Origin: Balanoglossus misakiensis
Taxonomy: Eukaryota > Animalia > Hemichordata
Direction: 5' to 3'
Assembly (NCBI GenBank): GCA_040954595.2
Contig: CM082584.2
Coordinates: 6,653,919 to 6,717,918 of the forward strand
Length of the DNA stretch: 64,000 bases
The position numbers were made by a program, and so were the translations under genes. Positions 13,578 through 27,170 of the stretch are shown piece after piece (the first letter of the stretch is position 1; each line of letters starts with the position of its first letter). Under the pieces are notes generated by a model that was given only the letters and a program-made list of their open reading frames with translations, was not told the origin of the DNA and did no database searches.

Positions 13578-16500
13578 CCCGCCCGCCCACAAGCTTGGTG
13601 AGATTGTTTGACGGTGAAATGATTTCTACGAGTCCTATTCACCGTTTATGCAACAAGCAACACAATCTGGGCTTCCGGGGGTCAAGCCCTCCAGACCGCT
13701 AGCGATTGTCAGGATTTACAGCGACTTCCGAGTTTCATTATATCGTCTGCGCCTTTTGCAATGACATTTTGATAGAGAGAGATAGCAAAGGAGTGCGGGC
13801 GTGTGTGTGGCATTATGAATATGACCCACTTCCAATCATCCAAACAAATGCGATTTGTTGTAGTCTACTGAACAAAAGGCATAAGATTATTGCAAGTTTT
13901 CCTAATAGCAAAAAGATGAATATGCAGAAACTTGTAATAGCCTGCTATTTGATTTTGGGGTATTTAAAATTGTTTGCAGTAACTTACTAGTAGGCCTAAG
14001 ACCCATCACATAGTTTTTGAAAGTATGACCGCCAAATTGATTCTTTCACCTGTCTAATATCAGTATATTGTATGGCAAACCGAAAGTTCCTGAACATTAA
14101 AACGACTGATAAACGCCAGTTTTTTTAAGGCCCCATGCGTTTTTTGAGTCAAATCTTACCACTTGGGGGCGCGCAACATCGAAACAGAACGCTAAAAAAA
14201 ATTAATGTTAATATACTTCAATATTTCATCGCAAGATCTTACACAAACAGTGTATCACTGCATTTGAACTACTAGTATTTGTCTCATTAAAACTGCACGC
14301 ACTCGTGTTCACATGTCAAAGTTTCGTGCATATACATGTATATGCCAGTTTCGAGAATGCTAACCAGCGCGTAGGTCCTACTGTGTTCATCGGTTTTATA
14401 GTGTCCAAAACATCCTCCGCTTTTTAATTTTCATCACGTCCAGTACCAACTCTTCACTTGTGATTAATCACCCCTCTACAGTCCTGTCACACTTCAGGAA
14501 TTCAGTGATTTAAACCCCGCAGGAAGTGCTCTCCACAAAAGTAGCACAAAGAAAGCGACGTTGAATCCACAAATACCCGAAGAGAGCGCTTTGTCCGGGC
14601 CCAAGCCCCCGGCACGTTTTACATGATGCTTTTTTATGTCCAAATGCGCGACACGGTCAGGCGGATTTGTAAGGGGAGCATCTTCAGATCGGGCTGGCGC
14701 AAAAGACCGGAGCTGCCACAGGAAGCGTCCCCCCATTGTAAGTGTCCCATTTGCGTCACGTCAATACAGTGGAATATATTGAGACTTCAAAAGCGGTCGC
14801 ACCAAAAGGACGGAACCCCGGGCGCTCAATCATCCGCGTGGCTATTTCGAGAGATCATACTTGGGGACGTCGTTGAATTGCCTGTATTGGCCGAGTCCCA
14901 ATCGTCTTTTGACCCAATTACTCGCAACGATTTTGTCTACATCTATCAAGGTGACCCATATTTACATCAGGTCAGGCAGCGGGAGCGAGCACACACTCCC
15001 CGCCACGCTTATAGCACCGACCGCAGGCCTCGCACTATACGTCAAACATCCAGATTGAAATTAATTTTCCCGTTGGCTTCGGCGAACGTGTTATCGATTT
15101 ACCATCAAAAGATGACGAGGGTGAATTTGTGTCTGGGTTTAGCGAGACATCTATTTTTAACATCCACTGCCAGAGGCGAGGATCACTACTGCGTCACGAG
15201 GAAAACAAGATATAATCCGACCACAGTCGCATCCCGAATCGTCGAAAGAGATCGCCTTATTAGGGAATATATAGAAACTTTTCGACGAACCTCAAAATAC
15301 GGGAATTAAAAATAAATAATTTAAGGAAAGCAACTACATTCAGAGCCCGACGAACGACTCCGAAGTTGTGTTTTTGTTTTCTCCCTTTTCATGCTTTTTA
15401 TAAACTTTCTCCCGAAAAAAAATGTAAAACGGGTATTCCTTATGACGAATCCGCGCATGCTTTCTGTACTTTATAGAGTTCGGAGAGGGGTGGATATTGC
15501 TCCGAGGTACATTCATTTTCATTTTGATCTTTGTCGGTGACTAAACGAAAACAAAAGTGCGAATAATTGATCATTTCCGAGACTGATAACATGCAAGTCA
15601 ACGAACACTAACATTAATACTACTACACAAAAATGTAGGTCAAAGAATTCTTCAGGGAATATATGCGCAGTGACACTGACGTGAGCGGAAGGTGTGGGCC
15701 CGAGACCATACATCGATGACTATCGCGTAGATATGGCATTGAAGATTTACCGTCCCCGGCGTATATGTCATCATGAAACGAAATTCCGCCCGCCTCGCTT
15801 GATCAGTATGCAATCAAGTGAATCAACAAGTGGTTTTTGCTTTAAAAAACGGAGTGTCTATTGCCACACGGGTGTCAATAGACTTGTCCTAAAAAAACAC
15901 TATATACACGGACAAGTATATTCCCTGTAGATTTGGCAAGTTTAGACCTTCGTGTTTTTGACCCACAAAGAGACATTTTGGGTATCCGTCTAATATTGTA
16001 TACGACACACTATTGCGCACAGGATGTCGTGATATAAAACGCACCTGCGCATGTGTATACCGAAAAGCCAAGGGAAACGGAATAATAACCCCACCCACAC
16101 AGCGTATTATCAATTTCAAGGAATATTCCTTATCGGAAATCACAAAACCACGCTAATGACTCTGGTGCAGGGGCTTTTGCATAATGTATGCGATGATGTT
16201 TGATGGGTATAATTTACGTTTTGAAAAAAAAACGATGCGTCGTACGAAGTCGTAACTGCGCGCGCGTCGGGATGGGCCGGGGAGAGACTGTGGAAAAGTT
16301 CGCCATGTTTAAAAGTCGCGGGAATAATGTGCGTGAGGCCCCCGGGTAAGGCCTACCGCACGCGCACACCCATCACCATCACTACTAATTATAAGTCTCT
16401 GTTTTAACAACCCCCTCCCTTCTTAACTGTTTTTTAACAGATGAATGTGGTACATGTTTTTGTGTTTGTTCGTTTTATCAATTTTAAAAATTCAAAATAC

Positions 16501-18650
16501 ACGCGCAGAGTGACATTTCTTGAACGCTATAACATTGAGATGTCACGACGCGTTTTTTTTTTCTGGAAAGCCTGACGACAACGTCAGAATATATGAACTG
16601 ATTGTCAAGTCGAGCGTATAACGCGATTTCCTTCTCTTTCAAAACAAGTCTTTCATTCACGCAATTTCAAAAAGACAAAATACACTATTTTGGGGGGAGG
16701 TTATGGGAAGTCCTTGTATGCATGGATTGCAAGTGCGAAAGCGGGTGGCAGAGTATGTAGTTCGGAAGCATGAATTATTGATGGAGGCGAGTTTGAATTT
16801 AGGAATTTGCCTAGAACTAAGGTGCACGAAAACTTGGGCATGATACAGGTTGTGAGATTTGTATAGACGCTGAAGGCTATGAAGGCAGTCAGTTCTTGTC
16901 GAATAACACTTTGAATAGTCGAGACTAGCTGACGTTTAACTTGTTTTTTATTTAGAAGATCACGGCAGCATCGGTATAGACGTGTCATGTGTCACATCGC
17001 GTCTCGGTCCACTATGAATGTCACGACCTTCATTCACTCAGAGTCGAACAAACCCAGCAGCAAAGACGTCGGTGGGTTTGTGAGTGTGTGAGTCATCGAG
17101 CCTTTATCTCACCAGGTATTTGTGCCGCAAATGTTATCTTTACAAAAAAATGCAGACAGCGCGACTAAAGAACGCGGCGAAACGTGGGCGCACTTGTGTC
17201 GTCGTCACAAGCTTCAATACGATCTAAGATGGTTAAAACGATTATAGATGCTGTTTACAGGCGTCGCATATTCTTGACAGCAACGTCAACATGCGGCACT
17301 CAAACACGCGAGAATAGTCAGCAAAAGAAGTAGCCGATGTACAGCGCCCCCAACCAACCCTTCGTTGCAAAAGCGACGCATTTGTTTTTCCCCCGGTTAT
17401 TACAATGCTTCGACGAATTCTGAAATAATCACAACGATTAAATTAAACATGCCCAACCACCAGCAACTTAACAAAAATTAACACATTCAAAACACCACGA
17501 ACAGCAAGTCCATTTACATTAGTTTGTCTTTTATGTATATCACTGCTCACAGAGAAACCACACAGGTCTTGAAAAAAGTTCCTGGCCGAAAACATCATTT
17601 TGTGTGATGAGATATGTACATACGAAATATTTGTTCTTAACGATGCAAAAATGTAGTTTACCTAGTGGTGATAATATTAAATTTTTGGACACTATTTCTA
17701 CTACATATGGACAAAGAAATACATGATATGTAAACACAAACAGATTTAGTGTTTTCTTTGCTAAACAGATCTATTTTTGTTTAAATTGCTAGACTAGACA
17801 CAGCTGCATTGACAAATTTTTAGAGCTCTTCAACCTTGAACTTTTTTGCTTGGATTTACAGCTGCAGCGATTCATGTGCAAGATGGCCTGATTTTGATTC
17901 TTAATTAAACTTCTGGATTTCAAAAGAGAGTTTCCTTGAGCAGACCGCAACTGAAATTCTTGTTGTTGTTTTTTTCTTCTAAATTTTCACATTACATGTG
18001 ACATTGAATTCATGAAGACTCATAAATAAGAGAAATGGATACCATTTCCGAGTATCGGAGATGCGTGTGCCAACACAGTGAAAACACCTGAGAATCTCCA
18101 ACTGTGAATAAATAGTACAAGAAAGACAAGAGAACACTATTGCACCAGCCAGGAATTAAAAAAAATAAAAATGAAAGGGACTCAGACTCAAACATTTGCA
18201 AATAAGGAATTATGGCAGTGGGCAGAATATTGACGAGGAAGAAATAAACAGTACACCCAATTCTATTGTTTTGTTGAGTTCAAACATATTGGAAGAACAA
18301 ACAGAAATACTGAACAGTATTAACGAGCAGGCAGTATTTCGAATTGGAAGAAACAAATTCACATACACCTGAAAACTATAAAATAATTTTACATACTGGC
18401 ACACTCACAATATCTATCTAGCATTCTAGTCTAAAAACAGCAGACTATAAGCCTGATATCGATATAAATAGAATTATTAAAACTTATTAACTTCACGAAT
18501 AGGGGAAACAATTTTTTTTTACAAGGGTGCATACAATATGTAGTCGTCTTCTATTTTCTCAGATTTACACAATGCGTTCAGGACGTGTCGGGTCAAATCT
18601 TTAGCCGAGCCTTGAAGAACTGACAGCGTCCTCTCCGTCGGACAGCCTAG

Positions 18651-21600
18651 TCAGCAGTGAGTTATTCTGTGTTCTGTTGTCCCACGTGCTCCGTCCTCCC
18701 CTCCCGCATCCGCTCCCCCTTCTGCCCCGGCGCACTCCCCGCCCGAGACGTCGTCGGCGCTGAGGTGGGCCGAGGAGTTCCGCATGGAGTTGCGGAAGCG
18801 CTCCGTCAGCTGCGGGGCCAGCAGGGAGGAGGCGGGGCTGAGCGAGGGCGTGCTGCAGCGGGACGCACTCAGGTCGCACTGTCCCATGAGTCGGATCAGC
18901 TCTCCCTCGTTGGGGCCTCCGACAACATGTTCTGGGTAAAAAAAAAAAAGCAAATGCATGGTGTATGTGTCAGTCTCGTAGACACTGGAAAACTCAACAT
19001 GTAGTTTTGCCTATTATTGCATATGTACTGTTCATAACCTTGTTGTAGCCCACAAAACAAAAGTGGTATTTTTCACAGGGACTATTTTATCTCATTTGCA
19101 TATCAACTGAGTTGGTATGCTAATGAGATAAAATAGTCCCTCGCTTCACTCGTGAAAGTACTGCTGCAGAATACACTGCATTACTTGTGAAAAAAAACTT
19201 CCATGCGAGCACAGATCGCGCGCAGAAGTCATGGAGTTCTATCAATACACACATGTGAATTTAGACACAGGATAGAGAGTGTAACAAACCAGACCTTGTT
19301 CGCCTTTGAGGAACTGTTCCATTGCAGTGGTTAAATCCCAAATCTGGAATTGTTGAAGAAAACGATGATCACTGAGTGTCATTTCATGAAATGAAAGTTA
19401 ATTTACACATGTAGGTCCTGTCTGGTATTCATTTTCCGAAATGTTCTGTGCTTGGCTGAGGAAGTGTGAACCACTATCTTGGTTTGTAAAAAATCCAAGC
19501 TTTACTCAAATCACTTTCTGTTTAAATTTTGTGAAAACAAAATGATCAAACACCAAATCAGTACAATCCAATGTGTGCAATTCTTACTGATTTTCTTATT
19601 CCAAACCAAATACATAAATTTACTGCCAAACTAGAAAATAACCGTGCATGTCCCTTTACCTGTATGGCGCCATTGGTGTGGCCCGTGAAGAGATAGCGCC
19701 TGGGCCTGGAACCCATCCTGTTGGAGCCCTCACACTCATGAACGAGGAAACAGGAGATGTTGGACAAGTCCACGGAGGAGATGATACAAACCCTGCGAAC
19801 AGATCAGTCAGTATCGTCACTGTTGAAAATTATATTCACCAGAAGTCCGGAACTTGAATTCATTGTCAACAAAACCATTGGTCATTCAAGCAATGTACCG
19901 AGCATTTGATAAAAACAAGAAATCACACACTTGATGTGCAGAATAATCCTAAATGCGTTTCCTTACCTTTTGCCCGTGGACGAGAGTCTGACATAGACCT
20001 GATCAGTCTCCGGTACAACTTTCTGTATGAAGACCTGCATGTCATCCCTCTCGCCGTGAGGACCTGTGCGTCAATGTTACGGAATGCATTATACATTCAC
20101 GGTATATGATCGCCTATGCAAATTTAGTTAGCGTTACCATGACAAATTGAGATCTAGCCAATCACAGATTTTCAGTGGGTGGCACACGCGAAAAACAAAC
20201 AAACAGCGCCACCATATGTTCTTTCAATAGAACTCTAAAACATGCCATATATGGGCGTATGCAAATAAGAGGTTCTCGAACAGTGCTCGGGTTCATCGAG
20301 AACAACATCCTGGTATAACCCCTTCTAGACTCGATAGAATAATATACGACTGGTCAGGGTCACGACCCTAGTGTGTGCGAGCATAATCATGACTGATGGG
20401 CAAGTTGACCTGACCAGCACAGAACATGTGTCTAACAGGTGAATTCTGGGAAATGCGGAACTGCTGGGGACTGAACCCATGCAATCAGACTCTCTCTCTC
20501 TCTGTCTCTCAATCAATCATACAGAGGTCAAATGCATGAGGGGAAAACATGAACCAGTACATCTGAATCAAAAGCTCTGTTCCTCTATGAAAAACTATCA
20601 CCTTAGACTCATGTGAGTGAATGATAGCGTCTGTACGGGAGGCAACCCTCTACAACATACATTGATATGTAGGTGTTATAGAAGATTTTACCTTTTATCA
20701 AATCATGAAAATTAATTTCTCCTGCAGGCTGGAGTCCATATGTCAGTGATAACATTGACCCTTTCACCCCTCAGTTCCCTCTATAGAGGTCCAACCTTAC
20801 CATAGAAAACAATGGGTTTGGACTGAACCATGGTGGTGAAAGGGTTAAACTTAAACTTTAAAGCCACAGTGATGTGTAATTTTTACTCACCAATATCGTT
20901 CCCGGCTTGGTAGCTGCGGTCTGGAGCCCCGTCTTCCAGGGTCAACACTTTGAAAGACGCCACCGGAGTGGAGCCCGGCTGAGTCGACAGCATTCCGCGG
21001 AAACGGGTCACGTTCCAGGTGCGCGTGTGGTTGAACTCGGAGCACACTGCAAAGAGCAGAGAGGAAGACACAGGTTGTTTTGAATGCACTTCAACAATGC
21101 ATGTTTTTTAAAATACAAAATACAATGTGATTTACATGTTTCTTGGAGAAACTTATAAAACTACACAAGTATTGAAAATAAATTTGTCATAGAGACTGGT
21201 TTGTCACGAACCACTGCGATATAAACTGGTATGAAGAGTAAATGGAATTTAGTACAATGTATATCACACTCCAAAAATGAATACTGCATTCGCCTGATTC
21301 TGTCACCAAACAAGAACCACACAAATGAGCTCAGCACACATGCATGCACACAACCCTCCCCCTCCCCACACACACACAATGAGCCTAGCTTACCTGAAAC
21401 CAGGTGTTTCTCTGACAACATGACCTTCACAACTGGACTCCTGTGCACGGTAAACGTCTGCAGGAGCTGCGGTCCGTGACCCACAGTCTCTGGGTGTTGG
21501 ACTATCACACGCACCGTCCCCGAACTCGTGCCGTACGCAATCTCTATCCAGTTGCCACTCAAACCTGTAGAAATATCACAGTCAGTTTACCAAATGATCC

Positions 21601-24600
21601 AAGCAGCGGATACACTTAGAAGTCAGAGAGAAGACTTTTGAAAATAGTGGAAAGAGTCTAATACAGTAAGGGAGGGACGGTGGAAAGTACAGTAACCACG
21701 GATACATGTTGATGATAGCCAATAAAATAAAACAAAATGTTAAAACACAAGGATACAAATGTAGCATGAAGTTTTATATACACGTACGTGTACATGATTT
21801 TTAAAAAGCTCTGAATTGGAATTTCTGGATTTTTTTGCATCAGCTCTATAAATTTAGACATTACTTACTTGATTTAGGGGTTAAGTAGACACTGAGTGCA
21901 GTGATGGCATCATTGGACGGATCATGATACAACTCAGTCACCAGTAAATCATTGTCCTTCATCCGCAATGGGAATTTCTGCATGTCTGGGAAGAGGTGGG
22001 AGATGAACGTTAAACTACTGGCAGCAGAATATGCCGTGTGCCAATGTGCAAATTAGAATTTATAACTTATGTACATATGTACATACATGTACTCATTCAT
22101 ACTTGTATTGCATGTACACATTATATGAGATTTTGAATGGTCTGATTTTATAAATGAAAACATTTTTTTCTGTCTATATTTGGTTATTGAAACACGGCTA
22201 AAGGCATTTCTATTCTATTCATTACAGCATACCAAAATACTAACGCAATTCCATTTGCCTACATAGCCTCTATATCATGAAACAGCCAGGATGTGAGGTC
22301 AAGCAGGGGTCACACAAATGGCAAAAAGTGAGCCTTACCGATGTAATACACCGATCCATTACTGCATCCCAGCAGCAGATTGGAGCCGGCCGTGTCACAG
22401 CTCGTCACAGGATGAACTTCTTGAACCTGCCAATTCTGTGTCATGGCGTGCCACACTCCAACTTTGCCAGTAGAGCTAGTGGCAACCAACTGACTGCCTA
22501 TGAAAAACAGGGCATCGACTGGTACACCCAGATTAAATGTTCCTGTAATTGAGGAAAAAAAAGAATCATACAGTAAGTCACTCTTGAGCAAAACTTGAAC
22601 AGGTTTTTGCTACCTAGGTGAGTGATAAAAATTTCATGTGATCAATAGAATATCAAGATGGCAGATTTTTGCCAAGTGTAATAAATTGAGTCCTATATGC
22701 TTGTTGCAAACACAGACCATTTAGCAATAAAAAGGCCATGGTGTACAGGTAATCTTTCAGCTTTCCAAACTCTTACTACAGTTCAGTGAGTTGACATTTT
22801 ACCACTGTAACAATGAAACATGACCCCCCTAGCATGAAATTCAAACCTTACTACATGGCAACTTTTTTGTTATTAAAATCGATGTCACCCTAAATAATAT
22901 CTACTGCCTCCCTACTCCGCGAGTGGAACAACCTGACACCAGCATTAAACAACTGGGGGCTGTAACACTCTGTCGAAGGACACAGGGGTGTGTGTGTGCG
23001 CACATATCACATACACTTACCGATCTCGCTGCGCAGACTACCATCTTGACAACACCACAGCCTGACGGTGGAGCCGTAGGAGACGGCCACCATCTTCTCC
23101 CGGTTATCCCCCTGGTTGACGCCGGTCACCTTGGCGTTGAGCGCCAGCCTCTCCACGGTGCGCTCCAGGTGCGGGCTGGTGAACACCAGGTGCCAGCCCG
23201 TGGACTCCTTGATGCGGTAACAGCAGACAAAGTGCGGGTAGGCCACGGCGATCCAGTTGTGGTGACCGCGGATCAGGATGACCTTCCTGGGATCGAGCGA
23301 CACGTCTGGAAAGTCGACGAGAGAATGTGGGAAGGCATAAATGAAAAACGTCATTTGGGTGTATGAAGTCATCATAACTGTTCGATCTTACAAGACACAA
23401 TCTATGTAACACACTTATGCACAACTGCTGTGCTTTACATATACAGTAAAACAGGAAATTTTTGCGACAGGAAATTTTCGCGATATCAACAGAGGTGACT
23501 GTTTCGCTACGATAAATTTTCACATTCTCTTATCTCTGAAAAATATTCTATTGTACAAATTATTCTTTTGCGACTATTCATTTTCGTATTTTTATAGCTC
23601 TTGCGAAGTTCCTGAAAATTTATTGTTTGCGAAAATTTCCCATTTTACAGTATTTCCATCTTTACAGAAAACAAGCATTAAACAGTTCTGTATTCTTCTA
23701 TATAAACCACCTTACCAGTCAGCCCAATGTCAAGGTCAGATCGAGAGTAACCACTGTCGCTGGGTATGTTGATCTGTGAATCTCGGGCGGACGCAACTCT
23801 GTCTCGTGGCTGCAATGGCAGCTGGGGACGGTTTCTAAGCTCAGCCTCACCAACAGTGTGAACCCGTCGGTCTCTCAACGGAAATGCTATGAAAGAGAAG
23901 CAAAATATGGTATTAATCTTGATATTCCTTCAAAGGGAAGATAGAGATTGCATGGGTCACCGTCAGCCCAACCAAGTTTTTGAAAAGACATTTGAATGAA
24001 CTGATATGTCTTATGCTTGGCGTGCTGACTACACTTTCTTGTTCTTCTCCCAAGTCGGGATTAAAATTCAAATACCGATAAACAGGAAGTTTTGTGATTA
24101 AACTACAAGTTGAAGTACGAAATATAATCAGCTCTATCTAGGTCTCCTTCTGACTCTAACACATGCACAGTAAACTCTGATGAAATCCACTCACTTCAGC
24201 ATAAGAGTGGCAAAGTTAGAATCGAGCATTGAAAGCTTTGACTGATCATCACTTAACCATTTCACCCCTACCTCCCTGTGAATGGTTTAACCTTACCACC
24301 GTAAACAATGTGATCAAACCACACTCTGGTGATGACAGGATCAAACACATGAACTATATGTACTAAACATCTGACAATTTTTTGATCGTAAATTTATAAT
24401 TAGCTGTTTAACACTGTACTCAGCTTTTTATAACTAACAACCTGAAGAGTAGGTACATGTATCCCAGATATGCAAGTTTGAATAATCATTTTTTTTTTCA
24501 TAGCTGGATATGTTTCTCAAACAGAAGTTGTTCCACATGACTGAGTGGTCACAGAGTTGACCTTTGACCTTACCAGCAGCCGGCAGATATCCATGGAATA

Positions 24601-26556
24601 ACACAGTGCCACAGGATGACCTTTCCAACTCTTCACAGAACATCAATTTTTTCACTGTAAATATTTAGAGAAACCAGAAGAAAACATGCCTTTAAAAAAA
24701 ACTGAAGTATTTATGACATTCCTGTGTATTCACAGGAGTGAGAGAGTGTTACAGTTGCGATGACCCATTTCAAGCTTGACACCATTCTCCATTTCGTGAA
24801 CAGGGTTATTGCAGTTCAACTTTCATTAGCTATAAATTTTGGACATTTTTCAGTATTGTTGTTTTGTGTACCTCACAGAATTTCTTGTTTTATTCATTAC
24901 AGCATGCCAAAATACTAATGCAATTCCATTTGCCTACATCGGCCATTGTTGTTGGCAATGGCATTCTAGTCCAGTCTTGAATTATTCAATTGTCAACCAA
25001 AAACAGGCATGCTGTTGACTAGATTTTGAGAATGAAACTTTCTTAATGAACCCTGGATAAATACCGTAGTAAGAGCAAACATCGAACAACCTCCTTAGAG
25101 CAGTAAGCTGCAGAGCAGAGGGACCCTTTGGCAAATACTTTTGTGTGTAATGAGTCTGGCTCTTCGAATGGACTGCATATGTACCAGTATGACAGTCACA
25201 GTCACACCACATTGGAGAAAACTCTGAGAAACATTTCAAACTATGTGTGTCAGCCTACCTAGGGGTGTGATCCCATAAAATTCAGCTTCATGTCGTAGCG
25301 CTGGTATATTCAGCTCTTTGAGGTCCAAATCTTTGGTTCTCAGGTAAGTGAGAATCGGTACAAACAGGTTTGGATCTCGGTCAATGAATATCTGTGAAAT
25401 AAGAAAGTAGGATTGTTTTCTTTTGGCTTTGATAAAATGCAAAAAAATAAAGGTGGGTTTTCAGTGGTAGAATTGTGTTCTCTATATTTTTATTATCCTA
25501 GAACATATGTGGGTACATTTGCACTCTTGGAAAAAAATATTACTTGCTAATGTAATGAGTAACATTTTATGAATGCCATGACAAGTACAATGTACACTGT
25601 ATCATGTATGGTTTCTATTTTGCTTTTTGCTGTCTATGATTAGTTTGATATAAAAGATAATATCAATCCACATATATGCAGGTACATAATCACACAGTGT
25701 ATTCTGTAACTTGTATGAAAATGAAATTGTGATGTTCTTTATTTCTTGGTTGAAAAAGTACAAGATGACATTACTTACTGCCCCATTTTCATCCTTCAGA
25801 GAAGCGATCCGACCACTCAGCAAGCTGAGGTGTAAAAAAAGAAAGAGAAATGTTGTTGTATCTGTGGAATTTTAAGACACACTCAAATAACAAGATCATT
25901 AATGGCTGATCTTTTCAATAGTTAATAAATGCATGTACATGTACTTCATTTACCTCGAGAAGAAAGAATCCACGACCCAGGTCAAAGTCTGTCTTGATGT
26001 TGAAAACCTGATAGTGAAAACAAGATAAAAACACTGACTGTATGCGATAATGTTTGAATGCTTGTAATCATCATACTGTCTACATGTGACGATGGCAGAA
26101 TCATGCTTTGGATATTCTACCTGACAATGCCTGAAGATAAAATGATGCAGTTTAAATCTGACATTATTCAATTGTCATGTGTCATTCATATTAAAGGATC
26201 AAGGTTTCTCCATCTATGCTAATAAAATGCCCTCAGTGCACAAAAGAGTATTCTTAGCTTGTACATTCTGTCAAGTCTAAAAATATACATGGGTGTGTCC
26301 CTGTCGTGTCCGGATAGTGGGCGTTTAAGGCGAGTCTCTTTATGCCACCCTAACTGGCAAGATCACAGGGTCCAAATGAGAAAAAGGCTTGTACATAAAG
26401 CAATTAGAAATATATATTTTCGACTCAAGGATATACTAGAATTTAAAAAGTTCAGAGAATTCTCAGTACAACACTGCAAAAATATTAAACATGTACATAC
26501 CTGGTACCACCCACATTTAGGTTGATGATTTCCCCTGGGCAGGGGAAATAATTCAT
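18651..26556 (-). CDS. KCTD3: BTB/POZ + WD40-like protein of the KCTD3/SHKBP1 family, 15 coding exons, ~677 aa
   Basis: Exons in transcript order: 26501-26556, 25954-26007, 25779-25824, 25259-25391, 24574-24654, 23716-23886, 23021-23305, 22339-22542, 21869-21985, 21394-21564, 20891-21046, 19967-20063, 19660-19792, 19295-19343, 18651-18931. All introns are GT-AG; total 2034 nt in frame. T1-type BTB: [62 protein letters not shown]. Family motifs: [89 protein letters not shown]. Probably a co-orthologue of vertebrate KCTD3 and SHKBP1. Confidence 0.95.
19077..19141. repeat. 65-bp near-perfect inverted repeat (foldback-like) in the last KCTD3 intron
   Basis: AGGGACTATTTTATCTCATTTGCATATCAACT-G-AGTTGGTATGCTAATGAGATAAAATAGTCCCT: 32-bp arms with 2 mismatches. 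Confidence 0.9.
20155..20216. repeat. Dispersed repeat fragment; second copy at ~61728-61784
   Basis: TAGCCAATCACAGATTTTCAGT(G/T)GGTGGCACA(C/A)GCGAAAAA...CGCCA in both copies. Confidence 0.8.
20759..20844. mobile_element. piggyBac-like ~86-bp MITE (copy 1)
   Basis: TIRs CCCTTTCACC...GGTGAAAGGG flanked by TTGA/TTAA; the reverse complement matches 35844-35928. Confidence 0.8.
22216..22264. repeat. 49-bp dispersed repeat; second copy at 24891-24939
   Basis: TATTCATTACAGCAT(A/G)CCAAAATACTAA(C/T)GCAATTCCATTTGCCTACAT, 2 mismatches, same orientation, in different KCTD3 introns. Confidence 0.85.
23444..23650. mobile_element. TA-flanked MITE in a KCTD3 intron
   Basis: Left end CAGTAAAACAGGAAATTTTTGCGAC versus reverse complement of right end CTGTAAAATGGGAAATTTTCGCAAAC; TA on both sides. 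Confidence 0.75.
24257..24340. mobile_element. Degenerate copy of the piggyBac-like MITE
   Basis: TTAA-CCATTTCACCCC...AACCTTACCA...AAACAATG...GGTGATGACAGGA; collinear with 20759-20844. Confidence 0.55.
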
Positions 26557-26851
26557 CGTGCCGCACAGTACCACGTACAGACTTGAGAACAGAGCCAAAT
26601 AATGGATAGATAGTGACGCCTTTTCGAAACGACGTCAGACGTGAGAAGGTTTAAATTTCAAATTCATGTATGCACCTACGGACAACAACATCACCGATGA
26701 CCTTCATGTCAGTTGTCACACTGCATGCACTCGACTCACAGACGTTATTTTTTCCCAATTTCAACGCATTTGAAGGCGAATACTTTCGCCGAAAGTGTCC
26801 TCTAATCAAGCTGTACTTAATCTGCTGTCCGTACGCTCCAGGTTCACTCAC

Positions 26852-27170
26852 ATTCACAGGACTTCAAGCCGTCCACACTTCTCTGAATCCGCAGATAGAC
26901 AACTCTTGCATTATTTTGTCTTCGCCAGACAGTTGGGGTCAAAGGTTATCCGCATGCGCAGTTGTCGGAAATGTAAAAACACGGAAGTGGCCGTTGCTTC
27001 ACGTTGTGCAACTGCATTGTGGTTCAGTAACTTACCTTTACGTTCAAATGACGATCACAAAGTTACAATTGCCCAACACTTCATGAAAGCTAGAGCGCTG
27101 ACATTTTTTCGTGCGACTTTCGGCAATAGACTGCGAAAGAAACAAACCGCGCGCCTCTGTTAGTGTTACC
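26852..27170. promoter_or_regulatory. Bidirectional CpG-rich promoter shared by KCTD3 and ERI3
   Basis: The divergent start codons are ~615 bp apart (26556 and 27171). NRF1-like CGCATGCGCA at 26951-26960; ETS/GABP-like CGGAAATG at 26966-26973 and ACGGAAGTG at 26981-26989. A candidate non-coding KCTD3 first exon ends at a minus-strand GTGAGT donor (26846-26851). Confidence 0.7.

Noticed and set aside
14623-15309. 228-aa ORF, the longest in the ORF track
   Set aside because: No recognisable domain or exon structure; plausibly a chance ORF in a CpG-rich block. Only RNA-seq or BLAST support would rescue it.
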